This document shows positions 9,379 to 18,160 of a stretch of 64,000 nucleotides of DNA, piece after piece (within the stretch, counting starts at the first letter, position 1; every line of letters starts with the position of its first letter). This DNA comes from Alphaproteobacteria bacterium (GTDB lineage Bacteria > Pseudomonadota > Alphaproteobacteria > SHVV01), in the NCBI GenBank assembly GCA_016869275.1, contig VGEO01000006.1, positions 8,251-72,250 on the forward strand. The letters are read 5' to 3'. Both the position numbers and the translations under genes were made by a program. Below the pieces are notes generated by a model, which worked only from the letters and a program-made list of their open reading frames with translations, made no database searches and was not told where the DNA came from.

Positions 9379-9903
9379 ATGGTCGGAACCGTTAAGCAGG
9401 TGGGACCCAAGCGCTTTCGCGAGAGCTATGGCCGCTACTTCGAGGACTTCGAGGTCGGCGACACCTACGAGCACCGACCAGGCCGCACCATCACCGAATA
9501 CGACAACATCATGTTCACGTTGATGACGATGAACACCCACCCGCTCCACTTCGACCGCTCGTACACCGATAAGACCGAGTTCAAGCAGCCGCTGGTCAAC
9601 TCTGCCCTGACGCTCGCGATCGTCACCGGCATGTCGGTCTCCGACGTCAGCCAAAAGGCGATCGCCAATCTCGGCTGGGACAAGGTCCGCCTCACCGCGC
9701 CGGTCTTCAACGGCGACACCATCTACGCCGAGAGCGAAGTGCTCTCGAAACGCGAATCGCAGTCGCGACCGACCCAGGGCATTGTCACGGTGCGTACCAC
9801 CGGCAAGAAAGCGGATGGCACGGTTTTCATGACCTTCGAACGCTCGATGCTGATCCCGAAGCGCGGCCATAGCGCCGAAGATCGACCCGACAGCGCCTAC
9901 TGA
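9379..9903 (+). CDS. MaoC-like (R)-specific enoyl-CoA hydratase/dehydratase (single hotdog fold)
   Basis: Track ORF 9316-9903. ATG 9379 follows AGGAGG. Contains FEVGDTYEHRPGRTITEYDNIMFTLMTMNTHPLHFD and GDTIYAESEVL, typical of MaoC dehydratases. Confidence 0.85.
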   Translation: MVGTVKQVGPKRFRESYGRYFEDFEVGDTYEHRPGRTITEYDNIMFTLMTMNTHPLHFDRSYTDKTEFKQPLVNSALTLAIVTGMSVSDVSQKAIANLGWDKVRLTAPVFNGDTIYAESEVLSKRESQSRPTQGIVTVRTTGKKADGTVFMTFERSMLIPKRGHSAEDRPDSAY

Positions 9904-9976
9904 CGGGCTTTGTCGGAAGCGAGCCCCCGACTACACTACCGCCCGCGCGAGGGCGCCTACACATAGGGAGGAAGTC

Positions 9977-11392
9977 ATGGCAACCGCGGCGAAAGCCACC
10001 CAACCTGCCACCGGAATCGCAAACCAACTGGCGACGTTCGCCCATAGCCTGCGCTACGAGGACATCCCCGAGCGCGTGCGCGAGCGTGCCAAGCACCTGA
10101 TCCTCGACTCGGTCGGGATCGCCCATGCCTCCGGCACTTACCATTTCGCGACCGTCGCGCTTCAGGCCGCCGACATCCTGGGCGACCAGGGCGACTGCCC
10201 GGTGATCGGCCAGAAACGGAAGCTCTCGGTCCGCGACGCCGCGCTCGTCAACGGCATCCTCTGCCACGGCCTCGATTTCGACGACACTCATTCGGCCGGC
10301 GTCATCCACGCCACCACCAGCGTGTTTCCGGCTGCGCTCGCAGCCGCCCACCGGGCCAATGCGAGCGGCAAGGAATTGCTGACCGCTTATGTCCTTGGCG
10401 TCGAAGTCGCCGCGCGCCTCGGCATGGTGGTCAAAGGCGGCCTGCATCAGATCGGGTTCCATCCGACCGGCGTGTTCGGCGCCTTTGCCTGCGCGCTGGT
10501 CGCCGGGCGCCTGATGGGGCTCGACGAGAAGCAGTTCGCGATGGCGCAAGGGATCGTCCTCTCGATGGCCTCGGGCAGCCTCGAATTCCTCGAGGACGGC
10601 GCCTGGACCAAGCGCATGCACCCGGGCTGGGCGGCATCCGCCGGCATCACCGCGGCCGCACTCGCCAAGGCCGGCTACATCGGCGCGTCGCGTCCCTACG
10701 AAGGGCGCTTCGGCTTCTACAATGCCTATCTCAACAACAAGGAGTCGCGCGACAAGTGCGACCTGGGTCTCGCGACCGCCGACCTGAAGTCGGTGTGGGA
10801 GATCGAGAATGTCGCGATCAAGCCGTTCCCGGCCTGCCACTTCACCCACGGCTGCATCGACGCCGCGGTGACGCTTGCCAAGAAGCACCCGATCAAGTTG
10901 GCCGACATCAAGCGCGTGCGCGCCTTGATCCCGCAAGGCGTTGTCAAGACTGTGGCCGAGCCGGTCGCCAACAAGCGCCGGCCCAAGAGCGAGTACGACG
11001 CCGAGTTCTCGATCCCGTTCACGGTTTCGGCCTCGCTGCTGCGCGGCCAGTTCACGCTCAAAGAACTCGACGACGCGTCGCTCGCCGATCCCGATATCTT
11101 GGCGTTGGCCGACCGGGTCGATTACGAAGTCGATACGGCGTCGGGGTTCCCGCGCTACTACTCGGGCGAGGTCGTGGTCGAGCTCAAGGATGGCCGCGAG
11201 CTGCGCCAGCGCGAGGATATCAACCGGGGTAACGCTGAGCGACCGATCTCGAACGGCGAGATCGCGGTCAAGTACGAAAACAACATTAAGGTCGCCGGCG
11301 CCGGCGCTCGCGGCGGCAAGGTACGCGAGACGATCCTGGGTCTCGATCGCGCGAATAGCGCCCGCGACGTCGCGCAGTTGCTTTCGGTCTGA
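9977..11392 (+). CDS. MmgE/PrpD-family protein (2-methylcitrate dehydratase superfamily)
   Basis: 471-aa ORF. The length and blocks DSVGIAHASG, LCHGLDFDDTH, FHPTGVFGAFA and KPFPACHFTHG fit the PrpD family. Confidence 0.85.
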   Translation: MATAAKATQPATGIANQLATFAHSLRYEDIPERVRERAKHLILDSVGIAHASGTYHFATVALQAADILGDQGDCPVIGQKRKLSVRDAALVNGILCHGLDFDDTHSAGVIHATTSVFPAALAAAHRANASGKELLTAYVLGVEVAARLGMVVKGGLHQIGFHPTGVFGAFACALVAGRLMGLDEKQFAMAQGIVLSMASGSLEFLEDGAWTKRMHPGWAASAGITAAALAKAGYIGASRPYEGRFGFYNAYLNNKESRDKCDLGLATADLKSVWEIENVAIKPFPACHFTHGCIDAAVTLAKKHPIKLADIKRVRALIPQGVVKTVAEPVANKRRPKSEYDAEFSIPFTVSASLLRGQFTLKELDDASLADPDILALADRVDYEVDTASGFPRYYSGEVVVELKDGRELRQREDINRGNAERPISNGEIAVKYENNIKVAGAGARGGKVRETILGLDRANSARDVAQLLSV

Positions 11393-11409
11393 GTGGCGTC
11401 GGTCAAGCG

Positions 11410-12588
11410 ATGAGTGAAGCCAAGAAGAACATCTATCCGGGCGCGCTCGACGAGAGCGAAGGTCTGATCCTCGAAAGCATCGATCGGTTCCTCGAACGCG
11501 ACGTCAAGCCGCACGTCCATGCGCTCGAGAAAGACGACATCTACCCGATCGAGATGGTCGAGAAGATGAAGGAGCTCGGCCTGTTCGGGGCTATCATCGC
11601 CCCCGAATACGGCGGGCTCGGGCTTTCGGCCCGCACCTATTCGCGGATCGTCGAACGCATCTCGCGGGTGTGGATGTCGCTCACCGGCATCTTCAACTCG
11701 CACCTGATCATGTGCGCGGCAGTGCAACGCTTCGGCACCGAACAGCAGAAGTCGAAGTTTCTTCCCAAGTTTGCCGCCGGCGAAGTCCGCGGCGGCCTGG
11801 CTTTGACCGAGCCCGACTGCGGCACCGACCTCCAGGCGATCCGCACCGTCGCCAAGAAGGACGGCGATTCCTACGTCATCAACGGCACCAAGACCTGGAT
11901 CTCGAACGGCATCCACGGCTCGTGCTTCGCGCTCCTGGTCAAGACCGACCCCAACGCGCAGCCCCGTCATCGCGGCATCAGCCTGTTCCTCGCCGAGAAG
12001 CACGATGGCTTCAAGGTCAGCCGCAAGCTCGAGAAGCTGGGCTACAAGGGGATCGACTCGGCCGAGCTCATCTTCGAGGACTACCGGGTGCCGGCCGACC
12101 GCTTGATCTCCGGTACCGAAGGATCGGGCCTGAAACACGCGCTGGCCGGGCTCGAGCTCGGGCGTATCAACGTCGCCGCCCGCGGCGTCGGGTTGGCGCG
12201 CGCGGCGTTGGATGAATCGATCGCGTATTCGCAGGTACGCAAGACCTTCGGCAAACCGATTTGTGAACACCAGGCGATCCAGATTCACTTAGCCAACATG
12301 GCGACCCGGGTCGAGGCGGCGCGGCTTTTGACCGAATCGGCCGCGGCCGCCTACGACCGCGGCGAGCGCTGCGACATGGAAGCGGGCATGGCCAAGCTCT
12401 ACGCGACCGAGGCCGCGGTCTCCAACACCATGGACGCGATGCGCGTCCACGGCGGCTACGGCTATTCGAAAGAGTTCAACCTCGAACGCTATTACCGCGA
12501 CGCCCCGCTCTTGACGATCGGCGAAGGCACCAACGAAATTCAGCGCCTGATCATCGCGCGCCAGTTGATCGAACGGAATCCGGTTTAA
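11410..12588 (+). CDS. Acyl-CoA dehydrogenase
   Basis: 392-aa ORF with GGLALTEPDCGTDL, INGTKTWISNG, YSQVRKTFGKPI and C-terminal IGEGTNEIQRLIIARQL. Confidence 0.92.
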   Translation: MSEAKKNIYPGALDESEGLILESIDRFLERDVKPHVHALEKDDIYPIEMVEKMKELGLFGAIIAPEYGGLGLSARTYSRIVERISRVWMSLTGIFNSHLIMCAAVQRFGTEQQKSKFLPKFAAGEVRGGLALTEPDCGTDLQAIRTVAKKDGDSYVINGTKTWISNGIHGSCFALLVKTDPNAQPRHRGISLFLAEKHDGFKVSRKLEKLGYKGIDSAELIFEDYRVPADRLISGTEGSGLKHALAGLELGRINVAARGVGLARAALDESIAYSQVRKTFGKPICEHQAIQIHLANMATRVEAARLLTESAAAAYDRGERCDMEAGMAKLYATEAAVSNTMDAMRVHGGYGYSKEFNLERYYRDAPLLTIGEGTNEIQRLIIARQLIERNPV

Positions 12589-12677
12589 CCCCCTGCCCGC
12601 CCTCCCCTCCCGCGCAGTCTGCCGCGCAGGAGGAGGGCGCGCCGAGCTCGGGTGGGAGCGTCGTCGGGAGAAACATC

Positions 12678-13865
12678 ATGCTGCCCCTCGCGGGACAACG
12701 CATCATCGCCGTCGAGCAGTACGGTGCCGGCCCGTTCGGAACCATGCTCTTGGCCGATTTGGGCGCCGAGCTGATCAAGATCGAGAGCGCGCAGGAAGGC
12801 GGCGACTTCGGCCGCCGGGTCGGTCCTTATTTTTTCGGCAAGGACGACAGCGAGTTCTTCCAGAGCTTCAACCGCAACAAGAAAAGCATCACGCTCAACT
12901 TCCGCGCACCCGAGGCGCGTGCGGTGTTCCGCGACCTGGTCAAGACCGCCGACGGCGTGCTCGACAACTTACGCGGCGACAAGCCAGCCGAACTCGGCAT
13001 CACCTATGAAGCGCTCAAAGACGTGAACCCGAGGATCGTCTGCGCGCACCTCTCGGCCTATGGCCGCGAGGGCTCGCGCCGCGACTGGCCCGGGTTCGAC
13101 TATCTGATGCAAGCCGAAGCCGGCTACCTCTCGGTCACCGGCGAGCCCGACGGGCCGCCGGCCCGCTGCGGGCTCTCGATCGTCGACCTGATGACCGGGG
13201 TCACCGCTGCGTTGGCGCTGGTCGCCGGGATCGTCGGCGCCAAGGCATCGGGCCGCGGCCGCGACATCGACGTCAGCCTGTTCGACGTCGCGCTGCAGAA
13301 CTTGTGCTACCTCGCGACCTGGTACCTGAACGACGGCGTCAACACCGGCCGCGTGCCCCGGTCGGGCCATCCCTCGATCGTGCCGTCCCAGCTCTACCGC
13401 ACCCAGGATGGCTGGATCTTCATCATGGTGAACAAGGAGAACTACTGGCCCGCGCTCTGCGCCAAGATCGGCCGCCCCGATCTCGTGACCGACCCCGCCT
13501 TCGCGACCGGCAAGGCGCGGCTCGCCAACCGCGGGCGGCTGACCGACGTGCTCGACGCCGTTCTGATGACCCGAACCACGGCCGCATGGCTCCGCGACTT
13601 TGCCGGCGAAGTGCCGGCCGCGCCGGTCAACGACGTCAAAAGCGCGCTCGACAACCCGTTCGTGCGCGACGAAGGCCGCATTACCCGCTATCGGCACCCC
13701 GCGAAGGGCGAAATCCCGATGCTGACAACGCCGTTCCGCTGCCCGGGCGAGACGTTTCCCGACCAAGGCGCGCCGGCTTTAGGCGCCGATACGCACGCGA
13801 TTCTCGGCGCGCTCGGCTACGACGCCGCCAGGATCGCGCGGCTTCGCCAGGCCGGCGCGATCTGA
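12678..13865 (+). CDS. Family III CoA-transferase (CaiB/BaiF type)
   Basis: 395-aa ORF with AGPFGTMLLADLGAELIKIE, GFDYLMQAEAGYLSVTGEPDGPP and CGLSIVDLMTG (catalytic Asp position retained). Confidence 0.9.
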   Translation: MLPLAGQRIIAVEQYGAGPFGTMLLADLGAELIKIESAQEGGDFGRRVGPYFFGKDDSEFFQSFNRNKKSITLNFRAPEARAVFRDLVKTADGVLDNLRGDKPAELGITYEALKDVNPRIVCAHLSAYGREGSRRDWPGFDYLMQAEAGYLSVTGEPDGPPARCGLSIVDLMTGVTAALALVAGIVGAKASGRGRDIDVSLFDVALQNLCYLATWYLNDGVNTGRVPRSGHPSIVPSQLYRTQDGWIFIMVNKENYWPALCAKIGRPDLVTDPAFATGKARLANRGRLTDVLDAVLMTRTTAAWLRDFAGEVPAAPVNDVKSALDNPFVRDEGRITRYRHPAKGEIPMLTTPFRCPGETFPDQGAPALGADTHAILGALGYDAARIARLRQAGAI

Positions 13866-13868
13866 CGT

Positions 13869-14357
13869 TTAAAGGTAGGCGAGCAGCCGTCCGAACGTCG
13901 CGACGGCGAGCCACAGCGCGATCGAAGCCGCCGCCTGCGCCCGCCCAATCGCCGGCGGCGCCTCGTCCCAGGTCGCGTACCGTTTCGTCCAGATCGCCTG
14001 AAACGCGAGCGCGTTGGCGACGCCGAGCGCGATCAACGACCACTTCTGCCACATCATGTCGTTGGCAGCGAGCGGGCGGGCATCGGGCGTGAACAGACAA
14101 AACCCTGAGAACAGCATCAAGACGAGGCCCGACGCGCTCAAACGCGAGAGGAGCGGCGCGGCCGCCGGAATTGCGATACCGCGCCCGACCCCGAGCAGAC
14201 GTAAATCGAGCACCAGAATCGGCCCGATCAGCAGGATGAACCCGAGGATGTGGATCAGGTTGGCGAGCGGATAGAGGTAGAGCGAATCGCGCATCGCGTC
14301 GCCGAAGCCCGAAGCTTCGAGCGCCGCCGCCCACGCCGGCGCGGCGGAAACTTCCAT
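13869..14357 (-). CDS. Hypothetical integral membrane protein (about 4 TM segments)
   Basis: 162-aa ORF with hydrophobic segments LANLIHILGFILLIGPILVL, GLVLMLFSGFCLF, WSLIALGVANALAF and ASIALWLAVATFG. It sits 16 nt downstream of the DUF6152-like gene. Family not identified with confidence. Confidence 0.6.
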   Translation of the reverse strand: MEVSAAPAWAAALEASGFGDAMRDSLYLYPLANLIHILGFILLIGPILVLDLRLLGVGRGIAIPAAAPLLSRLSASGLVLMLFSGFCLFTPDARPLAANDMMWQKWSLIALGVANALAFQAIWTKRYATWDEAPPAIGRAQAAASIALWLAVATFGRLLAYL

Positions 14358-14373
14358 CGCTCGACTCCGTCCG

Positions 14374-14747
14374 TTAGCGCATCTCGATGACGCGGCCGTC
14401 GATCGTGACCCGCTCGATCCGCATCTCGTCGTCGTGGACCTTGGACGGGTAGCCTTCGACCTTGATGACCTTGCCCGGCACGAGCATGTCGCGGGTGAGC
14501 CCGCGGTTCTCCATGCGCGAAGGCGGCGCCAGGATTAGGCGCCACTTCTTCTTGTTGGGCGCTTCGACCTCGATCGAGGCTTCGCCGTGCGGAAGCTTTA
14601 GTTCATTTCGAGTATCTTCGACTCGAACACCAGTACTTTGCTGGCGTCGTAGCTGCCCCAGCCATGGTGAGCGATCGCGGGCTGAATCATCGCGAGTACG
14701 AGCGCCGCGGAGGCAGCAACAAGCGTCGTGCGCATGGCGGTTCTCAT
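14374..14747 (-). pseudogene. DUF6152-like small secreted protein, disrupted by a frameshift near 14598-14601
   Basis: Track ORF 14598-14819 gives signal peptide + AHHGWGSYDASKVLVFESKILEMN*. My translation of the next frame continues KLPHGEASIEVEAPNKKKWRLILAPPSRMENRGLTRDMLVPGKVIKVEGYPSKVHDDEMRIERVTIDGRVIEMR* (stop 14374-14376). Joined, the two parts are about 120 aa. Confidence 0.6.
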
Positions 14748-14937
14748 CGGTTGCAGCGCGGGCCAGGTCCGCAGTCTATACCATGACCGAACACGTCGCC
14801 GCGCTCGCACCCTTCCCACACCCGGGCGGCTCCTCTATCGTAGCAGCGCACCAACTTTCATCTTTGCGGTGCGCCTCGTTCGCTCGTACTCGCCCGTCCC
14901 CCTACGCCGCACCCTGTTTCGCCATCGATTGCCCGCC

Positions 14938-15792
14938 ATGAAATGCAAGTTCCTCACCGTCAACGGCACCGAGACTCGCGTTCTGTTCGAAGGCGAGCAC
15001 AACAAAGACGCGCTCTTGCTGATCCATGGTTTCGGCAGTTGCGCCGAGACCTGGATGAACAACATCGATGCGCTGGGGCGCGACTATCACGTGATCGTCC
15101 CCGACTTGATCGGGCACGGTTTCACGGCGCCGGTCGATCTGGCCGGCGGCCCGCCGCATCCCCAAGCGGTCGCGCACCTTTTCGGCGTCGTGGACGCGCT
15201 GGGCGTCGACGCGTTCGTTCCGTCCGGCTCTTCCTACGGGGGACTCTTGGCCGCGCTCATGTATTTTCAGGCGCCGCAGCGTGTCAAGAAGCTCGTCATC
15301 AACGGTTCGGGTTCGACCTTCAACACCGAGGCCGAGCTCGCCGCTTCGCTCAAAGGGACGTACGCCAACGGCGCCCAGGCGTTCTTGAACCCGACCCTCG
15401 AAACATGCCGCAAACGCTCGCAAGGCACCGTTTACGACCCAACGAGCGCTCCCGAGACCATGGTGTTCATGCGGCTCACCAGCTACAGCCAGCCCTGGAT
15501 GGTCGAGTCGTGGCGGAACCAAGTCACGGCAATGATGGACATGGATAAGACGCGGCCCTACCGCATCCTCGAACGGCTCGAGCGGCTCGACGTCGAGACG
15601 ATGGTGGTCTGGGGCCGCGAAGACCCGCGCGGGGTTTACGCGAGCGCGGTCAAGGGCGTCCAGCGCATGCCCAAGGCCAAACTCGTCACGTTCGAAAAAT
15701 GCGGCCACCTGCCGTTCCTCGAGCAGCCGGAGCGCTACAACCGCGACCTCCGGGCGTTTCTCGCGGGCGGCCTCGCGGCCGTCGCGGCGTAG
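14938..15792 (+). CDS. Alpha/beta hydrolase (meta-cleavage-product C-C hydrolase-like), paralog 1
   Basis: Track ORF 14728-15792. The homologous start is MKCKFLTVNGTETRV at ATG 14938. Contains LLIHGFGS, the nucleophile elbow SGSSYGG, VVWGREDPRGVYA and KCGHLPFLE. Confidence 0.88.
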   Translation: MKCKFLTVNGTETRVLFEGEHNKDALLLIHGFGSCAETWMNNIDALGRDYHVIVPDLIGHGFTAPVDLAGGPPHPQAVAHLFGVVDALGVDAFVPSGSSYGGLLAALMYFQAPQRVKKLVINGSGSTFNTEAELAASLKGTYANGAQAFLNPTLETCRKRSQGTVYDPTSAPETMVFMRLTSYSQPWMVESWRNQVTAMMDMDKTRPYRILERLERLDVETMVVWGREDPRGVYASAVKGVQRMPKAKLVTFEKCGHLPFLEQPERYNRDLRAFLAGGLAAVAA

Positions 15793-15821
15793 TTGCGTCA
15801 CCGGACCGGGGAGGGTCTTTC

Positions 15822-16655
15822 ATGCGGGCGAAATTCATCGACGTCGGCGGCATCAACACACGCATCCTCTACGAGGGCGACGCCAAGAAGCCTGCCATCT
15901 TTCTGATCCATGGCTTCGGCATCGGCGCCGAGTCGTGGATAATGAACATCGACGCGCTCGCCAAAGATTTTTTCGTGGTCGCGCCCGACTTGATCGGCCA
16001 TGGTTTCACCGATCCGATCGACTTGAAGGGCGAGCCGCCGCACGGCTCGCACCTCAAGCACCTGTTCGGCGTCGCCGACGCTTTCGGCTTGAAGCAGTTC
16101 TACCCGTCGGGCTCGTCCTACGGCGCGCTGATGGCGGCGCTTTTATGGTTCGAGCAGCCGAAGCGCGTGCCTAAGGTGATCCTGAACGGCACTGGCTCCT
16201 GCTTCAACACCGAGGCCGAGTTGTCGGCCGCGCTTCAGGGCACGCTGAAAAACGCGTCGATGGCGATCCTGAACCCGACGCTCGAATCATGCCGCCGCCG
16301 CATGGGCAACACCGTCTATGACATCCAGATGGTGCCGGACACGCTGCTGCTCTCGCAGCTCACCGCCTATGCGCGGCCCGACTACGCCACCTATTGGCGG
16401 GCGGCGATGGAGGGCATGATGAACATGGAGAAGTCGCGTAAATACCGCATCCTCGAGCGGCTGGAGAAGCTCGACGTCGACACCCTGATCGTGTGGGGCC
16501 GCGAGGACCCACGCGGCGTCTACGCCCGCGCGGTCGAAGCCTGCAAGCGGTTGCCGCGGGCCAAGCTCGTCACGTTCGACAAATGCGGGCATCTCCCCTA
16601 TCTCGAGTACCCAGAACTCTTCCACACCGCGGTGAGGGACTTCCTGCGCAACTAG
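15822..16655 (+). CDS. Alpha/beta hydrolase (meta-cleavage-product hydrolase-like), paralog 2
   Basis: Track ORF 15699-16655, start MRAKFIDVGGINTRI at ATG 15822. Contains FLIHGFG, SGSSYGA, IVWGREDPRGVYA and KCGHLPYLE. It is in tandem with paralog 1. Confidence 0.88.
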   Translation: MRAKFIDVGGINTRILYEGDAKKPAIFLIHGFGIGAESWIMNIDALAKDFFVVAPDLIGHGFTDPIDLKGEPPHGSHLKHLFGVADAFGLKQFYPSGSSYGALMAALLWFEQPKRVPKVILNGTGSCFNTEAELSAALQGTLKNASMAILNPTLESCRRRMGNTVYDIQMVPDTLLLSQLTAYARPDYATYWRAAMEGMMNMEKSRKYRILERLEKLDVDTLIVWGREDPRGVYARAVEACKRLPRAKLVTFDKCGHLPYLEYPELFHTAVRDFLRN

Positions 16656-16924
16656 ACTAAAGGCGCCCTCGCCGTTCGGCGCGCCGTCCGTTTTCGTCGC
16701 GGCGACACACGAACCCAAGGCACAAAGGAGGAGGACCGCCAACGGGCACGGGGTGAATGCCGCACGAGACGACGCTGATCGCGACCATCGTTACTTGCGA
16801 TTCGGATTGCCGAACACTCGCTCCGCAGCGTCGGCCTCGACGACAACAAGATCCGGCCGATCGTCGACGATCTGCGACGCGCGCCGGCCGCCACTTAACC
16901 GCAACGCCGCCGCGCGCGGGTCGC

Positions 16925-16959
16925 AAAACGAAACCGGCCGCGGATCGCTCCGCGGCCGG
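16925..16959 (-). terminator. Rho-independent terminator after the liv operon (possibly bidirectional)
   Basis: Perfect 11-bp stem CCGGCCGCGGA/TCCGCGGCCGG (16934-16944 and 16949-16959) with loop TCGC. On the minus strand it is followed by TTTCGTTTT. It lies between convergent genes. Confidence 0.75.
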
Positions 16960-16977
16960 TCGAGATTTGACGGTTCG

Positions 16978-18138
16978 TTACTTCTGCGGCCAGCGCAGCA
17001 GTTTGCCGTTGTCGCCGATCGTGATCAGTGTCGGGTTGTTGCGCTCGGCCTCGCCGAAGGCGCCGCCCCACGACACCGTACCGGTAACCGTATCGAAGTT
17101 CTTGACCGCATTGAAGGCATCGGCGATGTCCTTGCGCTCGAGCGACTTCGCCTTGTTCAAGACCTCGGCGATGACTTTGACCGCGTCATAGGTCGCGGTC
17201 TCGAACGCGTCGGGTGCCGCGTCCTTGGCTCCGGTCTTTTCCTGCCATTTCTTCACCCACGCCTGCACGATCGGCCGCGGGTCGTCGGACGCGTAGGTGG
17301 TGAACCCGACCGCGCCCCTGGCTTCGCCGTTCGAGAGTTTCCAGAAATCGGCGCCCGAGATCGTGAACCCGGCGTCGACGATCTGGGTCTTGATGCCGCG
17401 TTCGCGAAGCTGAAGTACGAACTTGCCGCCGTCGTCGGGCTGGTGGCTGACGATGACGATGTCGGGGTTCTTGGCGCGAACTTCGGCGACCTGCGGCCCG
17501 AAGTTGGTCTCTTTCAGCTTGGTTCCCAAGTCGGCAACGACTTGGTAACCCTGCTTCTCCAGCACCTCGCGCGCGACCTTCAAGTTCTGGAACGAGAACT
17601 GGTCGTCGAGCGTGTAGGAGAGTGCCACGGTCTTGGCCTTAAACTCCTCCCTGACCTTGGTATAGAGCACCGGCAGCACGGTCGCCGGAGTCGGCAGGAA
17701 GCGGTAGATCCACTTGCCGTAGTCCGGGAACACCCAGTGCGCGCCCGCGGTCGGGGCGAAGATCGCCATGTTGCACTCTTTGGCGTACTCGTAGACCGAG
17801 AACAACTGGGTCGAGGCCGTGTTGGCGAGAATCATCGGCACGTCTTTGTTCTCGCACGCGCGCCGGAATTCGGCGATGAACGGTGCGGTCTCGGGCGAGC
17901 GCGTGTCGATCTTGTAGAACTCGAGTTTGATGCCGTTGCGGACGCCGCCGGCGGCATTGATTTCCTCGGTCGCATACAGACCGCCGCGCCATAGCCGCTC
18001 GCCGAACTGGATGAACGGGCCGCTGAACGCGGTCGCAAACGGAATACGGATCACTTTCTCCTGCGCCGCGGCGCCGGTGGCGCCCAACGCGAGCGGCAGC
18101 GCGACGGCCGCCGCCAACAATGCAAACAACTTCTTCAT
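16978..18138 (-). CDS. ABC transporter substrate-binding protein, LivK/Peripla_BP_6 type (SBP-1)
   Basis: 386-aa ORF with signal peptide MKKLFALLAAAVALPLALGATGAAAQ, preceded by GGGAGG. Blocks LEFYKIDTRSPETA, KETNFGPQVA and LQLRERGI are shared with SBP-2 and SBP-3. Confidence 0.9.
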   Translation of the reverse strand: MKKLFALLAAAVALPLALGATGAAAQEKVIRIPFATAFSGPFIQFGERLWRGGLYATEEINAAGGVRNGIKLEFYKIDTRSPETAPFIAEFRRACENKDVPMILANTASTQLFSVYEYAKECNMAIFAPTAGAHWVFPDYGKWIYRFLPTPATVLPVLYTKVREEFKAKTVALSYTLDDQFSFQNLKVAREVLEKQGYQVVADLGTKLKETNFGPQVAEVRAKNPDIVIVSHQPDDGGKFVLQLRERGIKTQIVDAGFTISGADFWKLSNGEARGAVGFTTYASDDPRPIVQAWVKKWQEKTGAKDAAPDAFETATYDAVKVIAEVLNKAKSLERKDIADAFNAVKNFDTVTGTVSWGGAFGEAERNNPTLITIGDNGKLLRWPQK

Positions 18139-18160
18139 CGGTTAGCCTCCCTTCGATAAC

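Noticed and set aside
12598-12639. A possible tandem or CRISPR-like repeat (CCGCGCAG twice) and hairpin after the acyl-CoA dehydrogenase gene.
   Set aside because: There are only two 8-nt copies, 4 nt apart. The inverted arms are imperfect (GCCCTCCCCTCC versus GGAGGAGGGC). It is too short and irregular for a repeat array and is at best a weak stem-loop.
14590-14610. Programmed ribosomal frameshifting in the DUF6152-like gene.
   Set aside because: There is no X-XXY-YYZ slippery heptamer and no obvious downstream stimulatory structure at the junction (GAAATGAACTAAAGCTTCC). A simple 1-nt indel explains it better.
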